From Spirochaetia bacterium (GTDB lineage: Bacteria > Spirochaetota > Spirochaetia > UBA9216): 64,000 nt of DNA. Below the pieces are notes generated by a model that did no database searches, had not been told where the DNA came from, and saw only the letters and a list, made by a program, of their open reading frames with translations. Both the position numbers and the translations under genes were made by a program. Shown one piece after another: positions 37,470 to 48,533 of this stretch (positions are counted from its first letter, which is position 1; every line of letters begins with the position of its first letter). The stretch covers positions 3,904,001-3,968,000 of the forward strand of contig OY776510.1 of the NCBI GenBank assembly GCA_963675665.1, given 5' to 3'.

Positions 37470-40205
37470 ATGTTACAAAAAATAGTCACTTCGATAGTAG
37501 GTTCAAAGCATGAACGTGATCTTAAGGAACTGCTGCCGATTTTACATAAAATAAACGAAAAAGAAACCTGGGCAATGTCGCTTCCGAATGAACAGTTTTC
37601 GGAAATTACCGACGGGTTCAAAAAAAGGATAAAAGACGGTGAATCGCTGAACGCCCTTTTGCCGGAGGCCTATGCGCTTGCCCGGGAGGCGGCAAGACGG
37701 GCACTCGGCGAACGTGCTTATGATGTTCAGCTGATAGGCGGTATTGTACTTCATCAAGGCAAGATAATGGAAATGAAAACAGGCGAAGGCAAAACGCTTT
37801 CGAGTGTTTCTTCCGCCTATTTGAATGCCCTAACCGGCAAGGGAGTTCATATTGTAACGGTCAACGACTACCTTGCCGAACGTGACGCCAACTGGATGAA
37901 ACCGGTATATTCGCTGCTCGGACTCTCGGTCGGCTCAATTCTTTCAAACATGGATACCGATGCCCGGAAAAAGGCGTACGCATGCGACATAACATACGGA
38001 ACCAATAACGAGTTCGGTTTCGATTACCTTCGCGACAACATGAAATGGGGAGCGGACGACAAGGTCCAGCGCCCGCATAATTACTGTATTATCGATGAAA
38101 TAGATTCTATCCTGATTGATGAAGCCAGGACCCCCCTGATAATCTCGGGAGCGGCTGAAGACGACACATCGAAATTCACGCAGGTTAACGCACTTATTTC
38201 ACAGCTGAGCGAATGTTCAAAAGATCCCGAAACCGGGGATTATCCGGAAGAAGATCCCGTCGGCGATTACAAACTCGACGAGAAATCCAAAAAGGTAACT
38301 TTCACCGAACAGGGAATTAATACAATAGAAAATGCGCTTTTGAAGTCCGGAGCAATCAAGGATTCTCTCTACAGTGATGAAAATTTCGAATATATACACT
38401 ATTTCACCCAGGCAGTAAGGGCGCATACGCTATATGCAAAAGATGTAGATTATGTTGTAGAAGACAAACAGGTCCAGATAGTTGACGAGTTTACAGGCCG
38501 AATACTTCACGGCCGGCGATATTCCGACGGACTTCACCAGGCAATCGAAGCAAAAGAGCGAATAAAGGTTGCCCGCCGGAACCGGACGCTTGCGACAATC
38601 ACATTCCAGAACTACTTCAGAATGTACGACAAGATTTCCGGCATGACGGGTACTGCCGATACCGAAGCCAAGGAATTCGGCAGTATTTACGATCTTGACG
38701 TAGTAGTTGTACCGACAAACCGTCCTGTAATGCGTTTTGATGATGATGATGTAATCTACTTCAACGAGGAACTGAAAAACAACGCTATCTGTGATGAAAT
38801 TGAACGGGTCAATAAGAAAGGTCAGCCCATTCTTGTCGGAACGGTATCAATTGAAAAATCCGAAAAAATTTCCAGGCTGCTTATGAAGCGCGGAATAAGA
38901 CATGAGGTTCTTAACGCCAAAAACCATTCTCGCGAAGCCATGATAATTGCGGAAGCGGGCGCTGAAGGTTCCGTCACAATAGCCACCAACATGGCCGGCC
39001 GCGGTACCGACATCAAACTTGGCGGAAATCCTGAATTCAGGGCCCGTAAAAAGGTCGGAACGGACGCCGCCGACGAAGAATACAGAAAGGCATACGCAAG
39101 CGAATATGAAAAGTGGAAATCGGATTACTCCCGCGTAAAAAGTTTCGGCGGTTTGTATATTCTGGGAACTGAGCGGCATGAATCAAGGCGTATCGACAAC
39201 CAGCTTCGCGGACGCTCCGGCCGTCAGGGAGATCCCGGCGAATCACGGTTTTTCCTGAGTCTTGACGATGATCTTATGCGTCTTTTTGCCCGCGACAGCC
39301 TGCGTTCCATAATGGGCCGCGCCGGGATGCAGGACGGCGAACCCCTTTATCATCCGCTTATTAACCGCGCCATTGAAAAGGCACAGTCCAAGGTTGAAGA
39401 AAGAAACTTTGAGATCCGCAAGCACCTGCTGGAATTTGATGATGTTCTTAATGAACAGCGAAAATTTATATATTCACAGCGTGATGATATAACGCAGAAT
39501 TCTGATTTAACACCGCGAATAATCGACACGGCTTCAGAGATGATTGACGATATGCTTGATACATATAATGAAGAAGGTTCAAAAGACAGTCATGCTGCAT
39601 TAAGCCGTCTGCTTGAAAGCCTGAAGCTGAACTTTTTTATTGAACCTGACTCTGTAGAAGATTTCAGCAGCATGGGGCTAAATAACAAAAAGGAATATCT
39701 TCTTAAGCTTATAACGGATGATATTCGCGAGAAAGAGCAGATGCTTGGCGCGGAAAACTTCAGCCGTTTCATCAGATATGAATATCTCAAGCGCATAGAC
39801 AGCAAATGGCAGGAACATCTTGAACAGCTTGAGGCCCTTCGCGAAGCTGTATATTTGCGATCATACGCACAGAAAAATCCGCTTCTTGAATATAAACTGG
39901 AAGGTTTCGATATCTTTGACAGGCTTATTGTTGATATTAAATCCAATATTGCACAGAAGGTCATCAAGGTCAGGATTCGGCAGCGTGAAAATGTTGCCCG
40001 GAAGCGTGAACCTGCAGCTGTTATGCATGCTCAGCATTCGGCAATAGGCGCATTCGCAGGCGGTGCAGCACCGGCCACAGCAGAACGCCCTGAAGCTTCC
40101 GGCGGCGCCGGTGTCCAGGTTACCAGAAGCTCTCCCAAGGTAGGCCGCAATGATCCCTGCCCCTGCGGCAGCGGTAAAAAGTATAAACACTGTTGCGGAG
40201 CGTAG
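37470..40205 (+). CDS. secA: Preprotein translocase ATPase SecA
   Basis: [36 protein letters not shown]-terminal [18 protein letters not shown]. Confidence 0.98.
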   Translation: MLQKIVTSIVGSKHERDLKELLPILHKINEKETWAMSLPNEQFSEITDGFKKRIKDGESLNALLPEAYALAREAARRALGERAYDVQLIGGIVLHQGKIMEMKTGEGKTLSSVSSAYLNALTGKGVHIVTVNDYLAERDANWMKPVYSLLGLSVGSILSNMDTDARKKAYACDITYGTNNEFGFDYLRDNMKWGADDKVQRPHNYCIIDEIDSILIDEARTPLIISGAAEDDTSKFTQVNALISQLSECSKDPETGDYPEEDPVGDYKLDEKSKKVTFTEQGINTIENALLKSGAIKDSLYSDENFEYIHYFTQAVRAHTLYAKDVDYVVEDKQVQIVDEFTGRILHGRRYSDGLHQAIEAKERIKVARRNRTLATITFQNYFRMYDKISGMTGTADTEAKEFGSIYDLDVVVVPTNRPVMRFDDDDVIYFNEELKNNAICDEIERVNKKGQPILVGTVSIEKSEKISRLLMKRGIRHEVLNAKNHSREAMIIAEAGAEGSVTIATNMAGRGTDIKLGGNPEFRARKKVGTDAADEEYRKAYASEYEKWKSDYSRVKSFGGLYILGTERHESRRIDNQLRGRSGRQGDPGESRFFLSLDDDLMRLFARDSLRSIMGRAGMQDGEPLYHPLINRAIEKAQSKVEERNFEIRKHLLEFDDVLNEQRKFIYSQRDDITQNSDLTPRIIDTASEMIDDMLDTYNEEGSKDSHAALSRLLESLKLNFFIEPDSVEDFSSMGLNNKKEYLLKLITDDIREKEQMLGAENFSRFIRYEYLKRIDSKWQEHLEQLEALREAVYLRSYAQKNPLLEYKLEGFDIFDRLIVDIKSNIAQKVIKVRIRQRENVARKREPAAVMHAQHSAIGAFAGGAAPATAERPEASGGAGVQVTRSSPKVGRNDPCPCGSGKKYKHCCGA

Positions 40206-40363
40206 CGCAGCAACAGTGTTACATTGTCTGCGGAGCGTAGCGCAGCAACAGTGTTACATTGTCTGCGGAGCGTAGCGCAGCAACAGTGTTACATTGTCTG
40301 CGGAGCGTAGCGCAGCAACAGTGTTACATTGTCTGCGGAGCGTAGCGCAGCAACAGTGTTACA
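40194..40363. repeat. 35-bp tandem repeat (~4.9 copies) overlapping the secA stop codon
   Basis: Unit TGCGGAGCGTAGCGCAGCAACAGTGTTACATTGTC at 40194, 40229, 40264, 40299 and 40334; no spacers. Confidence 0.95.
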
Positions 40364-40396
40364 CAGCCGCGCCGGTTCCTGCCGCAGCTGTGTTTA

Positions 40397-41656
40397 TTAC
40401 CATAAATATGTATTCGGATTAACGGGAATATTGTTCTTATAGATTGAGAAGTGCAGATGTGGTCCCGTGCTTCTGCCCGTATTGCCCATTTCGCCTATCT
40501 TTTCATTCTGATATATATACTGCCCTTCGCGGACTGTAATCCTGCTGAGATGTCCGTACAGACTCTGGTAACCGTTGGCATGCTTTATAATTACATACTT
40601 ACCGTAGCCGCTGGGCCTGTCTCCGACATCGGCGACGACTCCGGACATTGTGGCTATAATTTTCGTGCCGACAGCATTCGCAAGATCAATTCCGTTATGG
40701 AACCTGCGCTGGCCGGTAAACGGATCAGCCCTGTAGCCGAATCCGGACGACAGCCTTCCGCGTGTGGGATAGATGAACAGCGTCCCCATGGCCTTTTTAT
40801 AATCAAATTCATTCATGGCGGCGCCGGGAATAAACAGAACGTCGCCGGGTTGAATTATATCTGAAGCCATATCGTTTGCATCAAGCAGACTGTTTACGGA
40901 AATATTGTATTTTTTTGATATACCCTCAAGCGAATCTCCGGCTTTTACTTCATAAGGTACTCCGTCATAACCGGGAATTTTTAATTCCATGCCCACCTGG
41001 AGCCGTCTGACATCGGTGATTTTATTAAAACTGATTAGAGTTCCGATTTTAATGTTATTCTTTTTGGAAATTTCAGACAGTGTATCTCCGGGTTTAACGG
41101 TATAACTGACGGGTTCTCCGACAGTCAGCAGCACCGGTTCTATTCCGGCAATTTCACCTGAACCCTGACCATAATAATCAGAAGGCAGGCTTTCATATAA
41201 AACGTCTGAAATGTCCAAATCATTGAAAAGAGACAATTCGTCAAAAAGATTCCGGTTTTCGATATAACCGTAAATAAAGAAGGCTGCTGCTGTGCCGAGT
41301 ACAAGAACAGTGCACACGCCTATTAGTACCATGGTATTCACGGCGGAAACTCTGGTTTGTATTAATAAAATCAGTTTTTTGATTTTTTCAGTAAAAACAA
41401 ACCGCTTTTTCACATTCTGTTTAACACTGCTGTTATCAGAATTCCGTTTTGCCGGCCGTCGCACCTTTCTGTTCTTCAGACTTTTCAACAGAGATTTTTT
41501 TAATCCGCCGGAGGCAAACCGGTTGCGGTTTGTCTGCAGCCGCCCTGTTTCCCTGAAAACAGAAGCTGTCTGAACCAACGATTTGGAGGATTTCGAATGC
41601 CGTTTCGCTATCTTTTGTCTGCTAATTAATTCAGTCATAATACTTACAATATTCAT
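40397..41656 (-). CDS. LysM + M23 peptidase
   Basis: Two LysM repeats; HNGID, YGHL, STGPHLHF. Confidence 0.92.
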   Translation of the reverse strand: MNIVSIMTELISRQKIAKRHSKSSKSLVQTASVFRETGRLQTNRNRFASGGLKKSLLKSLKNRKVRRPAKRNSDNSSVKQNVKKRFVFTEKIKKLILLIQTRVSAVNTMVLIGVCTVLVLGTAAAFFIYGYIENRNLFDELSLFNDLDISDVLYESLPSDYYGQGSGEIAGIEPVLLTVGEPVSYTVKPGDTLSEISKKNNIKIGTLISFNKITDVRRLQVGMELKIPGYDGVPYEVKAGDSLEGISKKYNISVNSLLDANDMASDIIQPGDVLFIPGAAMNEFDYKKAMGTLFIYPTRGRLSSGFGYRADPFTGQRRFHNGIDLANAVGTKIIATMSGVVADVGDRPSGYGKYVIIKHANGYQSLYGHLSRITVREGQYIYQNEKIGEMGNTGRSTGPHLHFSIYKNNIPVNPNTYLW

Positions 41657-41700
41657 ATCGACAATTTCTTAATGACATATTACTATAAGATCGCTTAATT

Positions 41701-42039
41701 ATGTGGAAGTTTTTGTTGCCTTTATGTATTATTCTTATTGTTCTTTCATTCACTGTTGATGTTATGCGTGTTGACGGGAATTCAATGGAGCCCGAACTTG
41801 AAAACGGCAGCGTTATAATCGTTATTAATAACATTTTTGGATTTTTTACTCCAAAAAAGGGTGATTTTGTTGTTTTCACCAGTCCGGTAACGGGAGAATT
41901 GAATATAAAATGCTGTTCGACTGTCGAAAACGACGAGGTTTTTGTAACGGGAACAAATCTTTCCGAATCCACAGATTCAAGACATTTCGGCAGAATAGCC
42001 GTAACAGATATTGAAGGATGGGCATGGATAAAAATATAA
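41701..42039 (+). CDS. Short S26 signal peptidase-like protein
   Basis: GNSMEP, STDSRHFG. Confidence 0.7.
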   Translation: MWKFLLPLCIILIVLSFTVDVMRVDGNSMEPELENGSVIIVINNIFGFFTPKKGDFVVFTSPVTGELNIKCCSTVENDEVFVTGTNLSESTDSRHFGRIAVTDIEGWAWIKI

Positions 42040-43883
42040 GAAACCGCTTCATCTTTTTCTGTGGAATTACTGCCGTGATTGCAGTCATAATACTATGGAA
42101 ATTCTTTTCCCTTATGATACTTCAGAAATCTCCGATTCCGGAGTCTTCAAATGAAACCGTTGTGGAACGCGGCCCAATACTTGACCGCAACGGGCGCATA
42201 CTTGCAATACAGAACCAGCTTGATTCGGTCGAGACTTGGATTCCTTATATAGAAAATGTTGAAGAAACAGTCAGTCTTCTTTCCGCCATACTCGATATCG
42301 ACCATGACAAGCTTCTTGCAGACATTGAAAACCGACGCGGCAGCATGTGGATAAAACGAAAAATTACGCCCACCGAGAGTTCCGAAATTCAGAAGCTTAT
42401 GGATCAGGGAAAACTTGCCGGAATCTATCTAAGAAAAGAATACGGGCGGAATTATCCCAAACAGAGACTTGCTTCACATATTCTCGGGTACACCGGTACG
42501 GATAATATTGGACTGGACGGAATTGAATACACAATGAATGATGTTCTTTCGCCTGATCCGTCCACATCAAACCAGGAAGAATTATACGGCAACCAGCTTT
42601 TTCTTACGATTGATTCAAATATTGAATTTTTTGCTGAAAAATATGCCGCAGAAGCAATTAAGGAACATGATGCCGAATCCGTTATGATTATCGTCATGGA
42701 TGCTCTGAACGGCGATCTTCTTGCTTGCGCTTCAATGCCCGATTTTGATCCGAATACCTTTTACGAATTTACAGATGAAGAAAGAAGAAACCGGGCCTTT
42801 TCGGTTGCATATGAACCCGGCTCGGTAATGAAGGTTTTCAGCATTGCGTCTTTTCTTGAACTCGGTGGGATTGGAATAAATTCACATTTTTACTGCGGCG
42901 AACGTTATGAAAACGACGACATCCCCGAACCTATCGGCGATCTGGGCGTTTACGGTAATCTTACGCCGGCGGGCATTATCAAATATTCGAGCAATGTCGG
43001 GGCAGCCTACGCCTCGGAAACGGTAAGCAAAGACGATTTCTACCAGATGCTGATTGCTCTCGGTTTCGGAAACCAGACACAGCTGCCCGTTCCCGGTGAA
43101 TCATCCGGCCTGCTGCGGAGTCCCGATAAATGGTCCATAAGATCAAAACCCACAATCGCATTCGGACAGGAACTGCTTGTCTCCGCTGTTCAGCTGGCTA
43201 CAGCTGCAACTGTTTTTTCAAACGACGGCGTCCTGCTTAAACCCCATATAATCGACAGGATACTCACACCGGACGGGCAAACTATTGAAGAATCGATTCG
43301 TGAACCGATCCAGAGGGTTTTCAGCCCTGAAACCGCACGCGCAATGCTTCTGATGATGGAAACGGCCACCGAAGAGGGCGGAACAGCTCACAGGATGAAA
43401 ACCGAAGGCCTCCGTATTTCAGCCAAAACGGGTACCAGCCAGGTAATCGATCCTGAAACAGGAACATATTCCGATGAAAATTTTGTTGCATCGGCACTAG
43501 CCATATTTCCTACCGATAATCCTCAGCTGATCATCTATGTCGTTATTCAGAATCCAAAAGGGGCATCCTACTACGGAGGAAGAATAGCGTCTCCAATAGT
43601 GAAAAAGATGATCGATGAAACAATCCCCTATCTTGGAATCAGACGTTCCACCGACAAGGTTCTCGAACACAGCGGCAAGATTACCGTTCCGGTTAATTCC
43701 GGGCTTGTTATCGGCGACACCATTCCGGACTTTACAGGAATGCCGAAGCGCAGCCTGCTTGCCCTTTTCAATGACGACAGACTCTTCATAAAGATGTCCG
43801 GCGAGGGCTGGGTTGTAAGGCAGTCGCCCCCGCCCGGAACAGCCGTGGCAGGTAAAACGGAGATCACCCTTGAGTTTGAATAA
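42018..43883 (+). CDS. ftsI: Class B penicillin-binding protein with PASTA domain (FtsI-like)
   Basis: RGPILDRNG, EPGSVMK, SSN, KTGT, C-terminal PASTA. Confidence 0.85.
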   Translation: MGMDKNIRNRFIFFCGITAVIAVIILWKFFSLMILQKSPIPESSNETVVERGPILDRNGRILAIQNQLDSVETWIPYIENVEETVSLLSAILDIDHDKLLADIENRRGSMWIKRKITPTESSEIQKLMDQGKLAGIYLRKEYGRNYPKQRLASHILGYTGTDNIGLDGIEYTMNDVLSPDPSTSNQEELYGNQLFLTIDSNIEFFAEKYAAEAIKEHDAESVMIIVMDALNGDLLACASMPDFDPNTFYEFTDEERRNRAFSVAYEPGSVMKVFSIASFLELGGIGINSHFYCGERYENDDIPEPIGDLGVYGNLTPAGIIKYSSNVGAAYASETVSKDDFYQMLIALGFGNQTQLPVPGESSGLLRSPDKWSIRSKPTIAFGQELLVSAVQLATAATVFSNDGVLLKPHIIDRILTPDGQTIEESIREPIQRVFSPETARAMLLMMETATEEGGTAHRMKTEGLRISAKTGTSQVIDPETGTYSDENFVASALAIFPTDNPQLIIYVVIQNPKGASYYGGRIASPIVKKMIDETIPYLGIRRSTDKVLEHSGKITVPVNSGLVIGDTIPDFTGMPKRSLLALFNDDRLFIKMSGEGWVVRQSPPPGTAVAGKTEITLEFE

Positions 43884-45702
43884 ACCGGATTTATATCATC
43901 AGAATACCGGTTTACTAACGCATATGTATCCCTCTTTTAACATGGATATTCTGTCTAAATATTTACCATCAGAGGAATTATTCGTCTCAGAGGCTGCTGA
44001 CGGGCTGCTGACGGCCCGAATAGACGATATATGGATACATTCATCACGCGCACCTTTCAGGGAAGCACAGAAGCTTGTACGCAATGGTATAAAAAAGCAT
44101 ACAGGGCTTTGTCTTGTCTACGGTTTCGGGCTCGGCTACCAGGTTGAAGCGATTATCGAACATTTCCCGGAACTTATGGTACTTATAATAGAACCGGAGC
44201 CCGGACTTTTTCTTAAAGCGCTGGAATATATCGACCTTTCTCCGATAATCAAATCCGGACGCGTCGGCTTTCTTTTCGATACGCCTGCCGATGTAATAAC
44301 CTCGGTAATGGATACTTACAGGACTTCCGAAATTCAAAGTCTTAAACTGCGTTCCGTTTACAGCCGCAACTGCGATTACTACAGGACAGTAGACGAAGCT
44401 GTTTCTTCATTCATCAGACGCAAAGAAACAAACATGAATACGCTCAACCGTTTCGGCAAAACATGGGTTAAAAATCTTTTCAGAAATATAGAGGTTTTCG
44501 GTCATGCGCGCGATTCAGGTTTGTGGTACGGCGCTTTTTCCGATATCCCCGCCGTTGTTATTGCGGCCGGCCCCAGCCTCGATACTTTTCTGCCGGTTCT
44601 TGATGAAATTCACAGACGGTGCGTAATCATTTGTGTGGACACCGCACTGAGGGCCGTGCTTTTGACCGGTACAATTCCGGATTTCATTGTTGTAGTTGAT
44701 CCGCAGTATCTTAACACCCGGCACCTTGATAATCTTCTTTGCCCGGAGAAAATCGAAGCCGGAGCAGTCCTCATCTCGGAAAGCTCAACGCATCCGGCGG
44801 TTTTCAGAAACAACAATCTGCCGGTATTCTTCTTTAAATCGGTTTTTCCGCTCGGGAAAATGATTGAACGCAGCGCCGGTATCAGTTCGGAACTCGGGGC
44901 GGGAGGTTCGGTTGCAACTACAGCCTGGGATTTTGCCCGCAAAATCGGCTGCCCGCAGATTTTCACCGCCGGTCTTGACCTTGGATATCCTCATCAGAAT
45001 ACGCACTGCCGCACAAGTCTTTCGTCTCTGTACACTTCATTTAAATCAAACAGATTGACGACTGCAGATTCAATCAGCTTCTGCGGAGTGCAGAACGCTG
45101 AACCGCACCCCTTGCCGAACAATGCAGGCGGAGAAACACTTACCGATATGCGCCTTATTGTTTATAAATGGTGGTTTGAAGGCCAGCTTCGTTCAGACAG
45201 CTCATCAGGACGCTATTTCAATCTTTCCGAAAACGGAATAAAAATAGACGGGATGGAATATTGCAGCCAGGAAAAAGTTCTTGAATTACCTGAAAAACGG
45301 AAGCAAATCGACACTATCAGGCGGGAAACTTGTGCAAACCGTACAACTTCTGAACCTGAGACTGTTTTTAGCCGGATCAGACTAATTATTGAATCAATTA
45401 TTACCGAATGTGCAAGGCTTGAAAACATCTGCCGTGACGCACTTGGAATACTTGAAGAAACCGGAAAGGCGGCAGATGATAACACCATAGCTGAAGGCAT
45501 GAAAAAGCTTTCAGAACTTGATATAAGGATATCCGAATCTCCGACAAAAGAGCTCACAGGCTTTATCATTCAGCCTGTTTTAAACGAAATAATCAACAGC
45601 GACAATTCGGTCTTTGACAACTCTGAAAATCTTTACAGCAATATCCTTGAGGCCTGTACTTTTCACAGACTTCACGCAGAACGGGCGTTAAAAAGGATAT
45701 AA
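43870..45702 (+). CDS. Motility-associated factor (Maf/DUF115) glycosyltransferase family protein
   Basis: YGFGLGY, AAGPSL, VDTA, GGSVAT, GLDLGY. Confidence 0.82.
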   Translation: MSLNKPDLYHQNTGLLTHMYPSFNMDILSKYLPSEELFVSEAADGLLTARIDDIWIHSSRAPFREAQKLVRNGIKKHTGLCLVYGFGLGYQVEAIIEHFPELMVLIIEPEPGLFLKALEYIDLSPIIKSGRVGFLFDTPADVITSVMDTYRTSEIQSLKLRSVYSRNCDYYRTVDEAVSSFIRRKETNMNTLNRFGKTWVKNLFRNIEVFGHARDSGLWYGAFSDIPAVVIAAGPSLDTFLPVLDEIHRRCVIICVDTALRAVLLTGTIPDFIVVVDPQYLNTRHLDNLLCPEKIEAGAVLISESSTHPAVFRNNNLPVFFFKSVFPLGKMIERSAGISSELGAGGSVATTAWDFARKIGCPQIFTAGLDLGYPHQNTHCRTSLSSLYTSFKSNRLTTADSISFCGVQNAEPHPLPNNAGGETLTDMRLIVYKWWFEGQLRSDSSSGRYFNLSENGIKIDGMEYCSQEKVLELPEKRKQIDTIRRETCANRTTSEPETVFSRIRLIIESIITECARLENICRDALGILEETGKAADDNTIAEGMKKLSELDIRISESPTKELTGFIIQPVLNEIINSDNSVFDNSENLYSNILEACTFHRLHAERALKRI

Positions 45703-45824
45703 AAAAACGGTATGCCTGGACGTTTGCGCATACCGTTAATTATCTAATCGGGTTATTTCCCTTAATTTATATTCGGCTTTTCGGTTCGATTCTTTAACCT
45801 ATTTGGTCATATTTTACTTAAATT

Positions 45825-47612
45825 TCAGTTATTTACAATTTCGGGCGAAAGATACATATATTCGGCTTCCTTTCCGTCAATTATCATCTTTTTCAGGAAT
45901 TTGTCTGTTGAATCACCCTCGGACCAATGCTGTTTTTCATGCGATACCTCAAAAAGAGAGTCTTCAAAAAGCAGAATTCCTGATTTTCCCATATAATTCA
46001 GACGCACAGCCTGAAAAGAGTCCCTATTGCCGGCCGGTTTTTCCTTTAAACGACCGAATATTGAAAAAACCGGAAGGCCTGAATAGATAATGCTTCCGTT
46101 TGCATATTCCAGTTCCTGAGAACTGATATTATACACCTCCGCACCTGAAGGGACGGCAACGGCAAACGCTGTTCCTGCCGATTCGGCAACAAGAAAATGT
46201 GAATTATCCGTTCTGGCCGGAAAACACATCCTGAAAACACAACCTTTACCTGGGTTGTTATCCAGTTCCAGATGTCCTCCGCGTTTCATCAGCCTGTCGG
46301 TGACAAGATCAAGTCCGACGCCTCTGCCGGCAAAATGACCGGATTCTGCAAGAGTGGTAAATCCCGGCTTTGAGATCATACCCAGAAGGTTTCCTTCGGA
46401 ATTGTCGGAAGACATAAGTTCCGGATTAATACCTGATCCGTCGTCACGAATACTTATTTCCATGGATTCCTTGTTCTTTTCAAGACTTACGGTAATGGTT
46501 CCGGACTCCGCCTTTCCCGCCGATTTTCTGATTTCGGGCATCTCAATTCCGTGAACAACAGCATTACGGATAATCTGAAGCATCGGTTCGGCAATATAAT
46601 CCGCGAAATCCCGCTGGACCCTGTTTTGTTCCCCGTTAAAAATCAACCCGGCCTTTTTACCCAGTTTTGAAGCGAGATCTCTCACGGTTCTTTTATAGCC
46701 GGCAAAATGCGTGTTAAAATCTACCGTTTTTATATTGGACATCATTTTCTCAATACTGTCCGAAATATTCTCTATCCCTGCCAGATCGTATCCAAGCGAT
46801 TCATCCCCGCCGAGTTTCCTGTAAGCATCAGTTATACCTGCAAGTCGTTGCTTTATTTCGCTTACATATTCGCTTATGGCATCTATTTCTTCAGCTTCAA
46901 CACTGATAACCCTTTCATCTTTCGATTTACTCTCGATTTTTACCGTATTTGTTTTTACTCCGGTATTTTCCAGTTCTTCGCTATAAGATAATTCATCAAT
47001 ACTGATATCAAATATCTGATCGATATCGATTGTTTCCGATATTTTTGATCCGTTTTCTGCCGTAGTCAGTATTATTGTCAGACGACCGTCGGCTGTATCT
47101 CCGAGGTTCTCCGGTTCGGGTTCAACCTTCACAACATTAAAAATCTTTTCAAGGTTGCTTAAAGCAAGATACGCTCTCGGGTATTTCATATTTTCATCAT
47201 CGCCGATTCTGAAAGACAGACGATAAAGGCTTTCAGCCCTGGAACGAGCCTCTTTCATCAGCATAAGCTCAAATTCAGAATACAATGGAACAAGTTTTGC
47301 CTCATCCGCCAACTTTCCTATTTTATCAACTGTTGAAAAACAGAAACTTAGCAGAGCAGGATCAACCTCAACCTCTGCCCCTGCATTACGCAGCGGTTCA
47401 ATAGCTGATTCCATATTATGCGCCAAATCTGCAATATCAGCATACCCAAGATAAGCCGCTTCAGATTTTATTGAATGTACGGCCCTGAAAATATGATTTA
47501 TAATTTCACTTGAATAGCCGTCGTTCTCAAGCTTTATCAGCCCTGTATTGATTTCATTTATGAATTTTTTTGTATCCTGTTCGAAGGTGTCGTTTAATGT
47601 GCTTTCTCCCAT
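45825..47612 (-). CDS. cheA: CheA-like histidine kinase
   Basis: HPt FRAVHSIKS, RNAVVHGIE, DDGSG, GRGVGLD. Confidence 0.8.
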   Translation of the reverse strand: MGESTLNDTFEQDTKKFINEINTGLIKLENDGYSSEIINHIFRAVHSIKSEAAYLGYADIADLAHNMESAIEPLRNAGAEVEVDPALLSFCFSTVDKIGKLADEAKLVPLYSEFELMLMKEARSRAESLYRLSFRIGDDENMKYPRAYLALSNLEKIFNVVKVEPEPENLGDTADGRLTIILTTAENGSKISETIDIDQIFDISIDELSYSEELENTGVKTNTVKIESKSKDERVISVEAEEIDAISEYVSEIKQRLAGITDAYRKLGGDESLGYDLAGIENISDSIEKMMSNIKTVDFNTHFAGYKRTVRDLASKLGKKAGLIFNGEQNRVQRDFADYIAEPMLQIIRNAVVHGIEMPEIRKSAGKAESGTITVSLEKNKESMEISIRDDGSGINPELMSSDNSEGNLLGMISKPGFTTLAESGHFAGRGVGLDLVTDRLMKRGGHLELDNNPGKGCVFRMCFPARTDNSHFLVAESAGTAFAVAVPSGAEVYNISSQELEYANGSIIYSGLPVFSIFGRLKEKPAGNRDSFQAVRLNYMGKSGILLFEDSLFEVSHEKQHWSEGDSTDKFLKKMIIDGKEAEYMYLSPEIVNN

Positions 47613-47613
47613 A

Positions 47614-48195
47614 TCAGTCCTGCCCGCTGTTGGTTTGTTTATAAAGGGAAATTATCAACTCAACTTCGCCCCGGTTAACTCCCACACTTGATGCTATTAT
47701 TGCAGCATCAATGCCGTTTCGGTAGAGCGACAGAATTTTATCTTTTACAGTTTCACGATTCTCCGGAATTTTCTCTTTGATTGCAAGAGGCGTAACCAGT
47801 CCGGACATTATGTTCATTTTATTAAGATGAGAGTATGTCAATTCGCCGGGTTCCGTTTCCGGTTCTCTTATTTTATCCTGTTTCCTGTTCTCACGGTCTT
47901 TGACAGCAGCTCTTTCTGCCGTATCTGCATCACTGTGTACAATTTTGTTTAAAAGAGTGATTCGCTTTTCTGCTTTATCTATTAAGGTTTCAAGTGCAGC
48001 TATTTTATCTTCAATTATCAATACATTCCGATCCGTGGCCTGATTTATCTCTGAAAGGATCACATCGAGATTTTTCGCCAATTCATCCGACACCATATCG
48101 GTATCAGTCAGCTTATCAATTCGTCTTCTTAACAGTATATAGATGACTGCAAGAATCATTATGCTGATTAAAAAAAATATTATATTAAGGATCAT
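47614..48195 (-). CDS. Flagellar-operon membrane protein (DUF6115-like)
   Basis: N-terminal TM, coiled coil, C-terminal HTH-like GEVELI. Confidence 0.65.
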   Translation of the reverse strand: MILNIIFFLISIMILAVIYILLRRRIDKLTDTDMVSDELAKNLDVILSEINQATDRNVLIIEDKIAALETLIDKAEKRITLLNKIVHSDADTAERAAVKDRENRKQDKIREPETEPGELTYSHLNKMNIMSGLVTPLAIKEKIPENRETVKDKILSLYRNGIDAAIIASSVGVNRGEVELIISLYKQTNSGQD

Positions 48196-48200
48196 ACTTC

Positions 48201-48533
48201 CTATCCTGAAATGTCTATGTGATGTCCGATATCCGGGTCTTCAAAATATTTTTTTTCTGCCGGAACCGGCTCCTTGTTGTCCTTTTTTTCCTGATCGTTT
48301 TTGGAGGATCCTTCACGCCTCTGATTATGTTCATCCTCGTTGATCTTCTCAGTTCCGGTTTCGACATCTTTAGTCTGGCCTACTTTATGATCATTTTCAT
48401 CCGCTTTTCGCACAGCCTCATCAGCTTTTTTATCCTGCTGGGCAATCTCAGCGCTTCTTTCAGCGGCCTGCTGCTGCCCGACATTTTTGAGGTTGCTGTA
48501 TAAAATTTGAAGATCCAGTGGCGATACCGACAT
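48201..48533 (-). CDS. Conserved hypothetical protein in the flagellar operon
   Basis: PLDLQ...GHHIDI ends; coupled to fapA. Confidence 0.65.
   Translation of the reverse strand: MSVSPLDLQILYSNLKNVGQQQAAERSAEIAQQDKKADEAVRKADENDHKVGQTKDVETGTEKINEDEHNQRREGSSKNDQEKKDNKEPVPAEKKYFEDPDIGHHIDISG

Noticed and set aside
40194-40363. CRISPR array
   Set aside because: The units are contiguous and identical with no spacers, and no cas genes are in the window.
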